From the NCBI GenBank assembly GCA_951406725.2, contig OX597819.1, positions 129,022,001 through 129,086,000 of the forward strand: 64,000 nucleotides of DNA. Direction: 5' to 3'. Positions 49,912 through 64,000 of the stretch are shown one piece after another. The first letter of the stretch is position 1, and every line of letters begins with the position of its first letter. Under the pieces are notes generated by a model, which worked only from the letters and a program-made list of their open reading frames with translations, did not search any database and had not been told where the DNA came from. Origin of the DNA: Octopus vulgaris (taxonomy: Eukaryota). A program made the position numbers and the translations under genes.

Positions 49912-51338
49912 TATTTAAGACGTCGCTCAGTATCCACTATCGTGATTTTGTCGATTGAAGTTGTAGAATGAAGATATTGTGTCTACCAAGAGTTTGTCCT
50001 GTCTGTCAAGTCACAACAAGAATCTCAGACAGACAGTAGCTTACGCAATATGCGTGCAGTTCCAAGTAATGTTGATTTTTTCAATACACCTAGATTGTAG
50101 GGTATTTCTAAAGTTTCCATTTATTCCTTCACGTGGTATTGAACCCAATGCTCCGATGACAACAGGGACAACCTTCATGTTTGGCTCTTCTAGCTGCCAC
50201 ATCTTGGCGATCTCGATTCTCAAGTCTCCATATTTATCAATCTTTTTTCTTTCTTTCATGATAATATGTTGATCTGACTCTGCCACGTCGATTATTAGGC
50301 ACCCTTGTTTGTCACTCCTAGAGGTTACTACATCCAGCAGCTTTCGGTGCTCTAATACCTTGTCTGTCTGGAAGTCAAAGTCTCAGAAGACTTTTGCCGT
50401 TTCCTTTTCGTCCATTACATTGCTCGTTGAAATTTAGTACCATGCGACCGTTACCTCCTATTCATACTTCGGGTATAGTAGCCGGTGAAGGTTTTGGTCT
50501 GCAATGTCATGTCTGCGCTTGTAATCTTTCCGCGTATGACTTTCACAAGCACTAACAATGTGAGTCACACTTTCAACCCTCTTCCCACACATTCTGCAGA
50601 GGTTCGTTGCACTTGTGTGGTACAAAACTCTTCTCATTGAGTTGGTATTCAATGCCTGATCCTGGGCAGCGATGATTAGGCTTTCAGTCTTCGTTTTTAT
50701 GTCACCCTTGTTGAGTCACCTTGTGATGCTTCCTGGTCTTTTAAGTTGCTAGATTCACGGTGGAACTGACCATGTAATTCCATGCGGAGTCGGGTGTCTT
50801 CTCTCTCATTGGCTGTTCTTGATCAGAATTCATGACCGCTCTCAAGTCCATTTTTGGTAAATCCTTCTGCATTAGTAGCATACTGTAGCAGGTCTTGCTC
50901 GCTGTTTACCAAATATTCTGCCATTTTTCTTCTTACACTGTTGATGAACTCCCATACGCTAATCAACCTTCCTCCACCTTTACACCTCTTTGTGTAGAGT
51001 CTGTGTACGTTCAACTTGGGGTGATGAGCACCATGCATTGTCACTGTCTTTCAGATAGTACGATCGAGTTGGTTAATCTCTGCTTATGTCCATGTCAGGA
51101 TGGGTGCATTTTAGCGGACTACAGCAACAGCCCATATGTTGATGGCAGTCTCAAGGTTCCTTGTGTTGAGTTTCGATTTCAAGAGAAGTTTGAGGCGTTT
51201 GAAATATACAGTGATGACCTTGTTTTTCATTTCTTTGTGCAAGATATTGTCTAGCTCTAGGATCCCGAGGTACTAAACCCATCATCATCCGGGTTTTCTA
51301 TTCTTTCTCCCTTTGGCAATTCTATGCCCCTACAACTA
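49912..51338 (-). pseudogene. R4/Dong-clade LINE 3' fragment (RT end, CCHC finger, REL endonuclease)
   Basis: YLGI, HHPKLNVHRLYTKRCKGG, AAQDQAL, CRMCGKRVESVTHIVSAC, RRHD, DFQTD, KIDKYGDL...VVPVVIGALG; flanked by (TAA/TGA)n. Confidence 0.88.
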
Positions 51339-51367
51339 TTATCATCATCATCATCATCATTATTATT

Positions 51368-51402
<35 letters not shown>

Positions 51403-51527
51403 TATTATTATTGATAGTGCTAATGTTGTAATTGTTCATCTCCAGCTCACCCTTAATCGAGCATACCAATGACCGAATGCATTCGACTATAGCGCCTGTA
51501 TATTCTATAAGCATAGGACTAAGGGTA

Positions 51528-51866
51528 AAGGGTAAAGCGTAAAGACCCAGTTCGGTCATGAATGATTGTGGGTTTGTACCTAGAAAGGTACCCTCCGAGC
51601 CACAAGTCCAGGCAAGATTGTTTATGGAAGACCAGCAGCTGTCCATTCATACCTGCCTCCCCTCTCCACGCCACCGATGTTATCTAGGAGAGAAACGCAA
51701 AGGGGCCGATACAGTTTGGCACCCGTGACCTCAAAACTCATTCCTACAGCTGAGCGAACTAGAGCAACATGAAAGAAAGTGTCTTGCTCAAGAACACAAC
51801 ACAGAGCCCGATCTGGAAATCGAACTCACTTCCTCATTGTCTTAAGCACTGAGCCATACGCCTTCA
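51528..51866 (-). mobile_element. CORE-like SINE related to family D, with a different tail
   Basis: AAGTGTCTTGCTCAAGAACACAAC...GGAAATCGAACTC on the plus strand; (TACCCTT)n-like tail. Confidence 0.7.
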
Positions 51867-52964
51867 TAAGCATAGGACTAATATCATACTATTGGTGCTG
51901 TTGTTCAACAATGGTACTATACTCCATGCACATTCTGTGAGCTGAGGTTGTTAGCCCATTGCTGTGCCGTTGACCATTTCTGAAAAAGAAAAGGGGTGAC
52001 ACACTGGATAATGTAGTCCTCGGTACACTAAGACTGAAAAAAAAAAAGAACTGAAAGCTCATCGCTTCAATGATTTGATCATGTCTGTGATCGTTCACAC
52101 AAATAGACAGAATCGTTAGATATTCGGATAGAATATTTTACAGTAGTTGTCCCTGCTATCTGAGTTCAAATGAGGAGAAGAGAAGGTAGAATGTGTCTTT
52201 TAAGGATATAGCTTTACAGCTATTTCTGGTAAGTCGAGAGACCCCTGAAACTCTTCCAGGTTTCCTCGTTCGTTGCTGCTGTGGAATTGTTAACAGTAAC
52301 GTGGGTACCTCTGTGAAAGCGGGTGTTTGTGGTGGGGGTTAGTGATAATATACCTATTAGTTGATCAAACAAACCTATAATTAAAGGCTTTCCAACCGTA
52401 GCCATCATGTCTTTAATGTTTATCTAGGACTAAATTATACAATTTCCTATACAATTTAAGAGAGGGAGATCTAGCTGCTGCTTCTAGTGAGGCAAGCAGC
52501 CACATATAAGCTCCTTCATTTTCCAATTTAGAGTCATTCAGAAAAAGAAAACAATTTGCTGTTGTTGTTGCTGTTATTTTGTTGTTGTTGTTGCAGTAAT
52601 GATATTGTCTAAGACAGTCAACGATGCGTGAGTAAATCTATGCCACAAATCAATCATTTTGTTTGGTTTACAGTAACAGCTGCTATTGTTGCCGCTGCTG
52701 CTACTACTACTGCTACTATTACTACTATAACGAACGAAATCAGCGATGGCTCGACGACTAAAATTATCTCTTAAGCGTTAGTAACGGTTATTTCTTCAAA
52801 TTTATTAGTTTACATGTCCGCAAAGTTCAGACACTCCATGAGAGTCTTCCAGCCTCTCTCATTTTATCCTCTCTTTCTTTTCCCACCATTCGCCAGTCTC
52901 CATTCGGCAATGAGGCAGTACTGCTTCTCGTAGGCTCAGGCCAGTCCTGTTGAGGAAGTGGAGA

Positions 52965-53308
52965 GCCTTTTGTTCTTTTTTTTTCTACAGTATTTTAAGG
53001 CTAACATCTACCGTTACGGCCTCACCAGTCATAGAAAACCTGCAAAGGCCATACGTGCTTCCCTTCGTCTTTTGACTACTTCATACACAGGCCAACAAGG
53101 GGTTTTTTTCTATATGGTTACGACAGCTACACAAAAATATCGACCAAATTATCCTCAAATCACATTCTAACATCTTTAAAAAGAGGGAATAGCATCTTCG
53201 ACATTGTAGTTTTAGATAGTCATAAAAAGAAGGGTAGGTCTCGGTTGGAAAGCATTTCATTGTATGTTCGATCAGGATTGACCCACAGTTGAACAACACC
53301 AACTGCAG
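52965..53308 (+). repeat. ~340-bp segment duplicated at 57660-57997
   Basis: Near-identical from GCCTTTTGTTC to CAACTGCAG. Confidence 0.9.
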
Positions 53309-53954
53309 TCGGTCATCGGCTTGTCGGTCACCGATGTTATGCAAACTAGTCTATCCATCTCAGCTAAGCTTTGATTTGGGCTTGATTTGAATAGAGATTG
53401 TTATAAGTTCCCTTCGAGGGCAGAACTATAAATCGGCAAGTGCTTAACCAGCCATGAAGCAAGTCAGGATAATCTTTTCTTTTCTGCGTGTGAAGAGAAT
53501 AACAAACTTTTACGTTGTTTACATTCTACAGCACAATTTTCAAAAATTATAGTCTAAGTAGATTAAATTATTATTACAATTATCTTATTATTTCAAGGAT
53601 GATAAATTTCTTTTATCTTTTAGTCAGGAAGGATGGCAGTGATCATTACCCATTACAGGACCTACGAGAGAAAAATGAAAGTAGTCACAAACCGGAATCC
53701 TGGTCCAAATACGGTGCATGGAATTTACTATGTTACGCCAGACCTCACGGTCCATCATAGCATTACGGAGGTCCTGTTGCTGGAGATTACATCAGGGTAG
53801 GAGAGTGTACGCCCTATGGTATCGCGAGCAGATGGCTTCCAGAGGAGAAGAGTAGAAATTACCTAGTTTTCAGCTCTACAACAATGTCCAGCAAACTGGA
53901 CTCTTCTACATTTCTCTACAAAAATGTCCAGCAAACATGTATGAATACTGCGAA

Positions 53955-54640
53955 GCTCTAACGGTTCTGCCAGTTCGTCATATTGGCATAATCGTTTTAA
54001 CTTTGGCTCTCTACCCTTGAAGTTCAAATGCTGCAGAGGTCAACTTTGCTTTCCGTCCTTCCAAGACCGATAACAATAAAATACTAGTCAAAACCTTGAG
54101 CCAATGGTATCAACTACCAACCATCTCGAATTTCTGGCCCTGTGTTTATATCAGAAAAGGTTTGTAGGGTGATAAAATCATTAGAAAATCGTCAAACAAA
54201 AGGTCTTGCAGTACTTAATCTTGCTCTTTACGTTCTGAATTCAATCCCACCCACGAATAGCTTCATTCTGAATTCAAATAAAATAAAGTATCAAGAAGGA
54301 GGTTGACTAACCCCTCCCCTATATGCTAGAAATTATATTTGTTCCAGCTCAACACGTTCTGAATTCAAATGCTGCTGGGGTCAACTTTGCTTTTCATCCT
54401 TCCAAGGACCGATAAAATATGGCACCAGTGAGTAATGGAGTTGACAGATTTGACTGTTCCCTCGGCATCAAAGTTTCTGGCCATGTCTGAGTTAGAGCGT
54501 CTTGCACTCTTTCTTCTGGTCACAATGATTAAACTCTATTTTGATCAACTTTACCTTTTATCGCTCTGGGCTCAATAAAATAAACTACCCATGATACCAA
54601 CTAACTACCCTCAAAATACAGGCCTTGTGCATAAATTAGA
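53955..54640 (+). mobile_element. Cluster of about four old SINE family B remnants
   Basis: Repeated TTCAAAT...GGTCAACTTTGCTTT..CCTTCCAAG..CCGATAA. Confidence 0.6.
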
Positions 54641-54874
54641 AAAAATTATGGTTTCGTGATTTAAAATTACTCAAGTTATTCCATTTATGCTTCAGTGACT
54701 TCTGCTGCTGATGAGGGAAAATCTGCTGTTTTCTACCTCCCTACTCTTCTTAGATCTTTTTTCTTTTCTTTTCTCTTCTCCTTCGAGTGCGCCTTAAATC
54801 AAAGCTTTGCTCCATCGTATGGTTGACCTGCGGCTAAATAACAGTGATAGCAACAATAACAACAGCAGCTGCAA

Positions 54875-55250
54875 GTGGAGGCGCAGTGGTCCAGTGGTTA
54901 GGACAGAGGACTCGCGGTCGGAGAATCGCGATTTCGATTCCCAGACCGGGCGTTGTGTGTGTTTATTGAGCGAAAGCATCTAAAGCTTCACGAGGCTCCG
55001 GCAGGGGGTGGTGGCGACCCCTGTTGTACTCTTTCGCTCCAACTTTCTCTCACTCTTTCTTCCTGTTTCTCGTCCCCGACTTCCTACGCAACCGCTGAGC
55101 CTGGATGCGCATTCATCCATCCGTCGATGCTCTCGGTGTCGGGGGTTGACCTGCTTTCTCTTCTGCGGGTCTTACGAATAGCAAAGGACCACGTTTCGGA
55201 CTTCTCCCATCTTGCGAGCTCTGGGACGAAGACCGTTCGCTCAACAGCAA
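54875..55250 (+). mobile_element. SINE family C
   Basis: tRNA head with A/B boxes; homologous to 12607-12968. Confidence 0.9.
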
Positions 55251-55897
55251 CCATCAACAGCATCACCACTGTTGACCACCAACTCGATTAGCAGAACCAC
55301 TACTATCGCTATTAACGCTACTAACGCTGTAACCACCACTACTTTCCTCACACACACACCCATCCCCCACCACAAAAACAACAAACACCACCAATGCAAA
55401 CGAAAGAGATTCTATGTGCTCGCTCAATCTGTTAGCTATAGCAGTTAAACCTCCAGCAAACAACACTCACTCATCTAAAAAAAAGTGTGGGGGGGAACGA
55501 CACATTGAGTCGTATAGCTCTTCATATTTGTCTGAAAAGAGAAGGCATGATCACGGCTGGAATGTCTTTGATGATAAGACTGTCTGCTTTATAAGACCAG
55601 GCCTCTGTGTAAATTATCAATACAGTCATCCATATTGAGACGTCTATCACCATCTCCCTATCGGGATCACCACCACACTGGACAAAAAAAAAGGGACAGA
55701 AAAGTTATTGGAACCTGCCTGCTGACAAGTGGCCAACCAGCCACAAAACAGATACATCTATATGACGACCACTACTATCATAGCCACCACTAGAATACCA
55801 TCATCATCTTCATCATCATCATCATCATCATATCATCACCATAACCAATACCACAATCAACACCATGACCATCACTACTGCACCGCCACCGCCATCG

Positions 55898-55933
<36 letters not shown>

Positions 55934-57268
55934 CCACAACAACTAATATTTTAGACAACAATATCTAATGTCGTTACTTTTTTGAAGACGGTAATTTCAA
56001 AGGATTTGACTATTTCTGTCAGGTCGAACGCCCACTTAGAGGGTCCGTCAGTAACTGCTTGTTGTTTGACCCCAGGTTAGCTCTGATCGAGCACATCTAT
56101 AACCAAAGGTATTCTAACCGTGATTATCCCGCCTTTTTCCTTAAGAATCTAGGGCCACATTATTCAATGAGTCCTGTGATAAGACTGTCGGGTATGATTT
56201 AAGGGAGAGTAGGCTATCATTTTTTGCACGTTGAGAAACCACATAGAATTCCCATAATTAGATCGTGGTGGCAACGGCGGCGGCGGTGGTGGTGGTGGTG
56301 GTGCTGCTGCTGCTGCTGCTGCTGGTCATAATGGCACTGGTTGTTATGGTAGAGATGTTTTATGATGTTCGTGTTGCTAGGGTGAAGCTAATGTTCGTAG
56401 ATGTATGAAGCTTCTAATTGTTGTTTAATGTGATGGTGATGATGTTATTATTGTTGTTTAACATAATTGTTGGCTTCGCTCCTAAAGCAGAAGCCATTAT
56501 TGTTGTTTATCTTCAAATTAGTCTTAATCAAAAGCATTCTGTTACCTTCCTGCCTTTATTATTTTTTTTTTCCAGCCTTTACACCTTCCATACTCTTCTC
56601 TCTACATATTGATCGCCTAACTACTTGGTATCAGCTTTCGTTACCCTTTACGTCTCTTTCAGGCGAGACCAAACATACATTGCATTCATTAAGAGAGTCT
56701 TTGGAAACCAGCTCAGTTGAGGACATGGCGCATGAGTTTCCTTTTACAGACATCAAAAACACAAAATTTATACGACGACATATTCATGCGTTGAGAAACC
56801 CTAAACCTCTTTCCTAGCTTTTATGTCGTTTCATCTTACATAGAGTTTGCATGTTTGCTTAATGTGATTGCAGTGTACTCCAACCATTGTTGAGTCACTT
56901 TGAATTACAAGTAAAAAAGTCTCAAAGAAAGAGAGAAAAATAGAGGAAGAAGTGTCAACCCCAATTACTGGACTGGTCATTGAACTACTAATCCCGTAAA
57001 TTAAGGGTTTTAACTTAGAACGCAGTTTCAAGGCAATCAATCCGGCCTTCTAACAACATTTCCAGTTTGCAACCTTATGACATTTAGATATGATTATTTT
57101 GGTTGATTGACAAAGGATCTTTAAGTAACAACTGGATCACAGACGAACTACTTCTGCTTGTCCTTTCTATTGCTTCTTCGAAATAGCAAACTGACGCACC
57201 CTTTTGTCTAAGACCAACTAATGCAGTTATCTCTCCTTTGGCCATCGCACTTGCGGCTTACGTGTGTG

Positions 57269-57335
<67 letters not shown>

Positions 57336-57361
57336 TTGTGTGTGTGTATGTATGTGTGTGT

Positions 57362-57394
<33 letters not shown>

Positions 57395-57397
<3 letters not shown>

Positions 57398-57436
57398 ATA
57401 GACTAGAGGGAGAGAAAGAGAGAGAGACAGACAGAC

Positions 57437-57483
<47 letters not shown>

Positions 57484-58067
57484 GAGGGAGGGAGGGAGAG
57501 AAGCATCCTTACAGAGTTTGATATACATATATCTATGTGTTTGCATATACAAGTGTTTAAGCTGCAGTTGGTGTTGTTCAACTGTGGGTCAATCCTGATC
57601 GAACATACAATGAAATGCTTTCCAACCTGTTTCCCGTATTTTCCCAGTCACACATTTCTGCCTTTTGTTCTTTTTTCCTGCAGTATTTCAAGGCTAACAT
57701 CTACCGTTACGACCTCACCAATCATAGAAAACCTGCAAAGGCCATACGTGCTTCCCTTCGTCTTTTGACTACTTCATACACAGGCCAACAAGGGTTTTTT
57801 CTATATGGTTACGACAGCTACAAAAATATCAGCCAAATTATCCTCAGCTCATATTCTAGCGTATTTAAAAAGAGGGAATAGCATCTTCGACATTGTAGTT
57901 TTAGATAGTCATAAAAAGAAGGGTAGGTCTCGGTTGGAAAGCATTTCATTGCATGTTCGATCAGGATTGACCCACAGTTGAACAACACCAACTGCAGCTT
58001 AAACACTCGTATATGCAAACACATAGATATATGTATATCAAACTCTGTGAGGATGCCTCTCTCCCTC

Positions 58068-58102
<35 letters not shown>

Positions 58103-58140
58103 GTCTGTCTGTCTCTCTGTCTCTCCCTCTAGTCTATACG
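57395..58140. repeat. Inverted duplication with arms 57395-57627 and 57932-58140
   Basis: Arms include the same (GAAA)n/(GACA)n microsatellites and unique sequence in opposite orientation. Confidence 0.9.
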
Positions 58141-58797
58141 TATATATATTCTTTTATTCTTTCACTTGTTTCATTAATTAGACTGCAACCATGCTGGAGC
58201 ACACACACACACACACACACACAAACGCGAGGACAGTGTACTCAATACACAACGTAGAGCTAATAGCGATAACCGTAACTGAAATGTTACACCGTCGCTT
58301 TTCTGTGTTTTGCATGTTTATTTTTGCCCAAACTAAAATCATATTACAACGTGCACAGCATATGTAGGGCAAGCTCATAAATACTAAAAATTTATGATTT
58401 TAAATCTGAAAAATTAAATTTTCTCTTAAATTGAGCGATGGAAGGGAAAATCTGTAGAACAAAGCGACAGAGAGAGAGAGAGAAAAAGATGTAAAGATGT
58501 AAAGAAGTAAAATAAAAAGGCATAAAAGAAAAGGTAAATGGAAAAGGGGGAAAGATAAAGGAAAGAAAATGGAGAACAAAAGGAAAACGAAAAAGAAGAG
58601 AAAAGGGACCTGGAATGTGAAAAAGAAAAATATGGACCGAAGAGAGTGTTAGGCACAAGTCTGTTGCTAGGTAATCGACTTGTGTCGGGAAGTGTAACAT
58701 TTTAATGTACAGTCGTATTTAAGATACAGTAGTTTTGATTTCAACCAAATATGGAAGGTATATATTCAACAGAAAAGGGGGAGAAAATATTTGAAAA

Positions 58798-59195
58798 TCT
58801 TTATATATAAAAGAGAGGTTGTGTGCTGTCTGTCTCCTACGATTTAAATTCCTAACTACTCCCACATTTTGCAGTGCAGTTTAACCAAAACCAGGTATCT
58901 TATAGTCGTGATTCATATCGAGCTCTTCTGGGTATTAGCGCGCGTCTACGATGAGTCTACGATTTTAAAAAAAATTTACCATCAATTTTCCCCATTTTTA
59001 ATGCATTTTTGGCATATATAAGGGAAGTAACTCTCTAAAAATTTATTATTAAATCTCAGAACGTAAAAAGCTACAGTAACACCCCCCCCCTTTGTGGTTA
59101 GCCATATTGAGATGGCTATTATACTTTACATCTCTAAAAATGCTTATATAGTTATTTCCCTTACAAACCCGAGCAACGCCGGGCGATACTGCTAG
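58798..59195 (+). mobile_element. Non-autonomous Helitron, subtype A
   Basis: A|TC start, CCCGAGCAACGCCGGG hairpin, CTAG|T end. Confidence 0.9.
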
Positions 59196-59791
59196 TATAT
59201 AATAAACAAATACTAAAAGTAGAATTAGATAACTACAATAGATGAAGTGAGCGAATGTTGGGCGACAGTGAGGGAAAAGAGGAAGTAAGCGAATATGTCG
59301 AAGAGTTCAGCTGCAGCGAAATAAAGGAACGAAGTGCAATCATGTTTATAAACAAATATGGAAAAGAAAGGAAAACACGCAAAAACGATGTGATAAAGGG
59401 AAAAATAAAACAAACGAGCAAAAAGAGATAAAAAAAAAGGCAGGAAGATAAAGGAGATTCAGAAATATATAAACATTACAAGTACGAAGGAAAGAGCTCA
59501 TCATTACTTATATAATATACAAAAATCAATGAACAATAAGCAGTTTCAAGTTCTTTTACTAATTCTCAGAAAAGAAGATTCCAGTTAACCAACAGGTCTA
59601 CAATTTGCAAAGTAAATTCCTTTGACAATGTTTACCTTACAGACAGTATTTGGAACAAAATTACGTGTTAGGAAGGAGAATTCTGAATATTCAAAAGTGT
59701 TCAAGGTTCTTCAAAGAACTTTCAAGCATTTTCGAAGAATTTCAAAGTAAATCAACTTAAAAAAATATAGATTGAAAATGTATACTAAACT

Positions 59792-59926
59792 ATGGCTGTG
59801 TGGTAAGTAGCTAGCTTACGAATCACATGGTTCTGGGTTCAGTCCTACTGCGTGGAACCTTGGGCAAGTGCTTCTACTATAGCCTTGTGAGTGGATTTGG
59901 TAGACGGAAACTGTAAGAATCCCGTC

Positions 59927-59962
<36 letters not shown>

Positions 59963-60195
59963 TTGTGTGTTTGTGTTTGTATGACTGTGTTTGTCCCCCC
60001 AACATAGCTTGACAACTGATGTTGGTGTGTTTACGTCCCCGTAACTTAGCGGTTCGGCAAAAGTGACCGATAGAATAAGTACTAGGCTTACAAAGAATAA
60101 GCTCTGGGGTCGATTTGCTCGACTAAATGCGGTGCTCCAGCATGGCCACAGTCAAATGACTGAAACAAGTAAAAAGAGTAAAAAAAATAGAGTAA
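59792..60195 (+). mobile_element. SINE family A
   Basis: Head, internal (TA)n(TG)n, tail. Confidence 0.9.
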
Positions 60196-60369
60196 ACTGA
60201 CTGAAGGAAATAAAAGAACAAAAAAATAAACTCCTCGATAAAATATGATACTATGACTGATATTCCTTTTGATGACATTTCGAGACGAACTTAGTTTTGG
60301 GGTTTAATAAACTAGATGGACAAAATTTCTGAAGTGTGCATGCTACGTGATTTAAAATACAGGGATATA

Positions 60370-60602
60370 TATTTCTTTACTACCCGCAAGGGGTTAAACA
60401 CAGAGGGGACAAACAAGGACAGACAAACGGATTAAGTCGATTACATCGACCCCAGTGCGTTACTGGTACTTAATTTATCGACCCCGATAGGATGACAGGC
60501 AAAGTCGACCTCGGCGGAATTTGAACTCAGAACGTAACAGCAGTAGAAATACTGTTAAGCATTTCGCCCGGCGTGCTAACGTTTCTGCCAGCTCGCCGCC
60601 TT
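60370..60602 (-). mobile_element. SINE family B, full length
   Basis: Imperfect TSD ATTTAAAATACA on both sides. Confidence 0.9.
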
Positions 60603-61641
60603 ATTTAAAATACAAGTATATAGTTTAGCGTATACCTTTGTTTTTCATTTTCTAGACATACTGTGATAGAAAGATAGAACTTCAGGTTTCTAAATATCCA
60701 CCACCACGACCACCACTACCAAAATACATGAGCTGTGTTTGCTTACTCTTAAATGTAAATATTGCTAAACCCAAATAAATGCTTTCACAGTCCTTTTTAG
60801 TTTAACTATTGTACAATATATCAGCTCTTTATCGAGATATTGCTATTGAATGGATATAAGCTAAGATTGGCACAGTTATACTGGGATTGAATATTTAACC
60901 GAATTGTGTTGGTATGATTTCGTCTGTTGATATCTGAGATTGCATTGATATCGCCATTCACCATCTCGTCTCTGGCACACACACACATCAACCATTCTTC
61001 ATACACACATACACCGGCACACTCACGCGTTCTCTTTCTTCTCCATACACCCATACACATATAAATACTCGCATACATACATACATATTCTCAGTCACTC
61101 ATACACATTCCTTCTCCCTCCGCCACACTCTCTTTGCTTGACAGCTGTTTCACACCTTCTCCGCCGCCGACTCTTCAGCTTGCTAATATACTCGCGCACG
61201 CGCTTAAACATTCTTCTACTTTTTACCGTCTTTTATTCTCCAAATCTGTCAAAAGAGATCTCTTCTTCCTTCCTCTTCGATTTTCCTTTACCTCGTGCAG
61301 TTCTGCCTAACCCTTCTGCCCCATGCATTTTACGCGATTCTCATCTCTGGAATTCATTACTACTTTTCCATTTTTGAATTCTTCGGACGTTCAACCATTT
61401 ACATATTTTAAAAAAATTTTCTTCATTTCTTCTTTATTCTTTCTTCCATGAAAAACACTTCTCACTCTGTCACGTGAACACACTTCTGTGACATTCCTCT
61501 TGCCTTTCCTGATGTCTCATCGGATTAAATTTCTTTTACCAGTTCCTGGACTTCCAAAACTCTCCAGATATTTCACCGGTGTTATTCAATATTTAAATAA
61601 CGTTTTCTCTTTCACAGAACTTTTAATTATCTCTCTCTTAT

Positions 61642-61709
<68 letters not shown>

Positions 61710-62235
61710 GTTCGCTCGCTCGCTCGTTCTCTCCCTCTTTACTAGTGCCTTGCCTTGTAATGAATTTTCATCTAATTTTTCCCTGACCTTTTCTCGCACT
61801 TTCACTTCCTTTGTACCTTCTTTCCTTCCATATAACTGCGTGTCACAGCCATTCGCCTGCAGACACTTCTATTACACCCTCCACGTTTCAAGTGTCTTCT
61901 CTTTATCTGACATTCGCACTGACTCTCACGTTCTCACATCCACACCCTTCTCAAACTAAATGGACATACACACGCGCACACATACACAGATATGCCTTAC
62001 GCTACTATAGTTATGAACTTGCACACTTCCACATAATACAAAAATACACCGCCAAAACAACACAAAACACTCTTATCCTGTCCATATCTAAAAACGGATA
62101 CACTCATATACATGCACTTATACATTTCCCATTCACTCCCTCCTCTCCTCTTAACTCTCATAGAAATTCATTCCCACTCAGCTCTTAACCCCTCGCCTTT
62201 TCTTTTTTCACTTGCTGACTTTTCCTCTTTCTTGT

Positions 62236-62271
62236 TCTTCTGATGAACGACTAACATCCGAAACGTCATAG
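62236..62271 (+). ncRNA. Decayed minimal HHR at the end of an old pyrimidine-rich PLE remnant (~61130-62355)
   Basis: TCTT-CTGATGA-A-CGA(ctaaca)TCC-GAAAC-GTC-ATAG; downstream TAATACA.TATTTGTT resembles the 30325 and 40772 elements. Confidence 0.5.
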
Positions 62272-62989
62272 TTCTTTTCCTTCTTTTTAAGTGCTAAATT
62301 AATACAGTATTTGTTAAACTTTACCCTCTGTGTTGTCTGTTTTACAAAATATTCATATAATCACATGCATACCTACTTACTTACCTATACCCCCACACAC
62401 ACATATACATACACACACATGTATATATGTATTATGTATACATATATGAATAATACATATGTAAAAGTATGCATATGAGTATATGTATATATATATAAAC
62501 ACTTACGAAAATGCATATATATCAATATATGTATATATATGGTTGTGTGAATATATATTGTGTGTTTGTGTATACATATATACATATATATATATATATA
62601 GAGAGAGAGAGAGGGGGGGTAGAGGGGGGCAGGCAGGCAGAACAAACAGACATAAACAAAGAAAATTTGATCTATAGTCCTTATATGTATTACATACATA
62701 GTAAACTTTGAGTACAAAGGAAATTAAAGATTTCCCACTTGAACCACCACACTACTTTAAGAATGCATGAACCTGAAGTTGCTGCTGCTGTTCGTTGTTG
62801 AAGTTGTTGGTTTTTGTCGTTGTTAAAAGCATTTACCGCTTGCAACAGTTACTAGGCCGGTTATCTGGTAAATGGAAATAGAGAGGACTCGAATTTCTGG
62901 ATTATTCTGTTTGAGACCAAGGACTAGCTCAAATATTATGTATTACAATGTTGTGTGTATCAGAAACATAAAGAAGGCATAATAATCCT

Positions 62990-63135
62990 TTCTACTATAG
63001 GCAGAAAGCCTGATATTTTGGGGCAAGAGGGGCAAGTCGATTACATCGACCCAATTGCGTAATTGGTACTTATTTCATAGATCCCGAAAGGATGAAAGGC
63101 AAAGTTCACCTCAGCAGAATTTGAACTCAGAACTA
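62990..63135 (-). mobile_element. 5'-truncated SINE family B
   Basis: CCCGAAAGGATGAAAGGCAAAG...GAATTTGAACTCAGAAC. Confidence 0.8.
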
Positions 63136-63766
63136 AGAATTTTGACAGGCCTGTTCACCGCCTTCTAAACAATGCACAATAATAATTTTAATTTTTTTAA
63201 CTTAAATTATTTCACAATTATTACCTTAGATACGATTTTTATAGATCTTACGTTGAGTTTACGGAAATGTAACTCGTTTTAGGTACAAAAATAGTTAAAA
63301 TACAAAATGGAAAATAAAGAACGGAATTGTACTTATGAGAAAAGAAGAAATTTTATTTACAAACACCACTGCAATATTTGTTTGATCTTTATTTATCCAC
63401 TTAAAATTGTCATTAGTAATCCGATTTTGTGCTGAACGAAAACATCCAGCAAACTGAAAACATCATTAATGACTGAAAAAGGAGGAGAGAAATACTATAG
63501 AAATATGATATAATAAATAGGAAAGCTTGAATCAAGAGATCCTCGTTAAAGCGTAAAGAATCTGTCTGTTATGAAAAACAACTGCACTTTCTTGAGCAAC
63601 ATAAACCGTTCGACTCTGACTGAAAATGATTCTGTCAACAATATATATATGAAGTAGAAATCAATGCAAGTTTAACAGCAAAAGGAGTAAGAATAAAAAT
63701 TCTAAGGAGAAATACGGATAGCGAAGTAGTCACGACAGGCAACATTGTTGAAAATTATAACAAACG

Positions 63767-63915
63767 TATGAGTGTTTGTGTGGCAAGAAGCTAGCTTGCC
63801 AACCACATGATTTGGGGTTCAGTCTCTCTGCGTGGCAACTCGGGAAAGTGACTTCTACTATAGTCTTAGGCCAACGAAAGCCTTTTGAGTGGATTCGGTA
63901 GACGGAACATTGAAA
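63767..63915 (+). mobile_element. SINE family A 5' half
   Basis: CCAACCACATG...CTTCTACTATAG...GTGGATTCGGTAGACGGAA. Confidence 0.75.
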
Positions 63916-64000
63916 TGTGTTGTACCCAATAAAGTCTTTTACACATTCCATCTCCTAGTTTATTAATACTGTTGCCCCAACCGCCATTACGAAGTTCCTG

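Noticed and set aside
53620-53710. HHR-like remnant CAGGA...AAACCGGAATCCTG (similar at 39140-39175, minus)
   Set aside because: Core too mutated to support; not counted
56600-57240. Possible CR1/L2 RT remnant
   Set aside because: Only a faint LDW-x-NY-x-SR resemblance with many stops; insufficient

Overview
AT-rich, microsatellite-saturated eukaryotic DNA. The SINE families and repeat make-up strongly resemble octopus or another coleoid cephalopod (inference, not a database result). I found no supportable host protein-coding exon: nearly all long ORFs in the track are translated microsatellites or SINE read-throughs. The window is a mosaic of several tRNA-derived SINE families, four non-autonomous Helitrons, one full-length but decayed Chapaev3-type (RAG1-related) DNA transposon nested in a Penelope element, RTE and R4/Dong LINE 3' ends, a mariner-type MITE and many Penelope-like element (PLE) remnants. 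The most striking signal is RNA-structural: about 14 hammerhead ribozyme (HHR) motifs in 64 kb. They include a 358-bp terminally redundant retrozyme-like unit with a compensated U3:A8 core, a three-hairpin motif downstream of the HHR that is shared by two diverged elements, a family with a fixed CUGU(A/G)GA core variant, and a possible type II-topology HHR. There is also a textbook heat-shock promoter (HSE plus TATA) with no long ORF behind it, and many local fold-back inverted repeats. All coordinates were read by eye; edges of decayed repeats are approximate.
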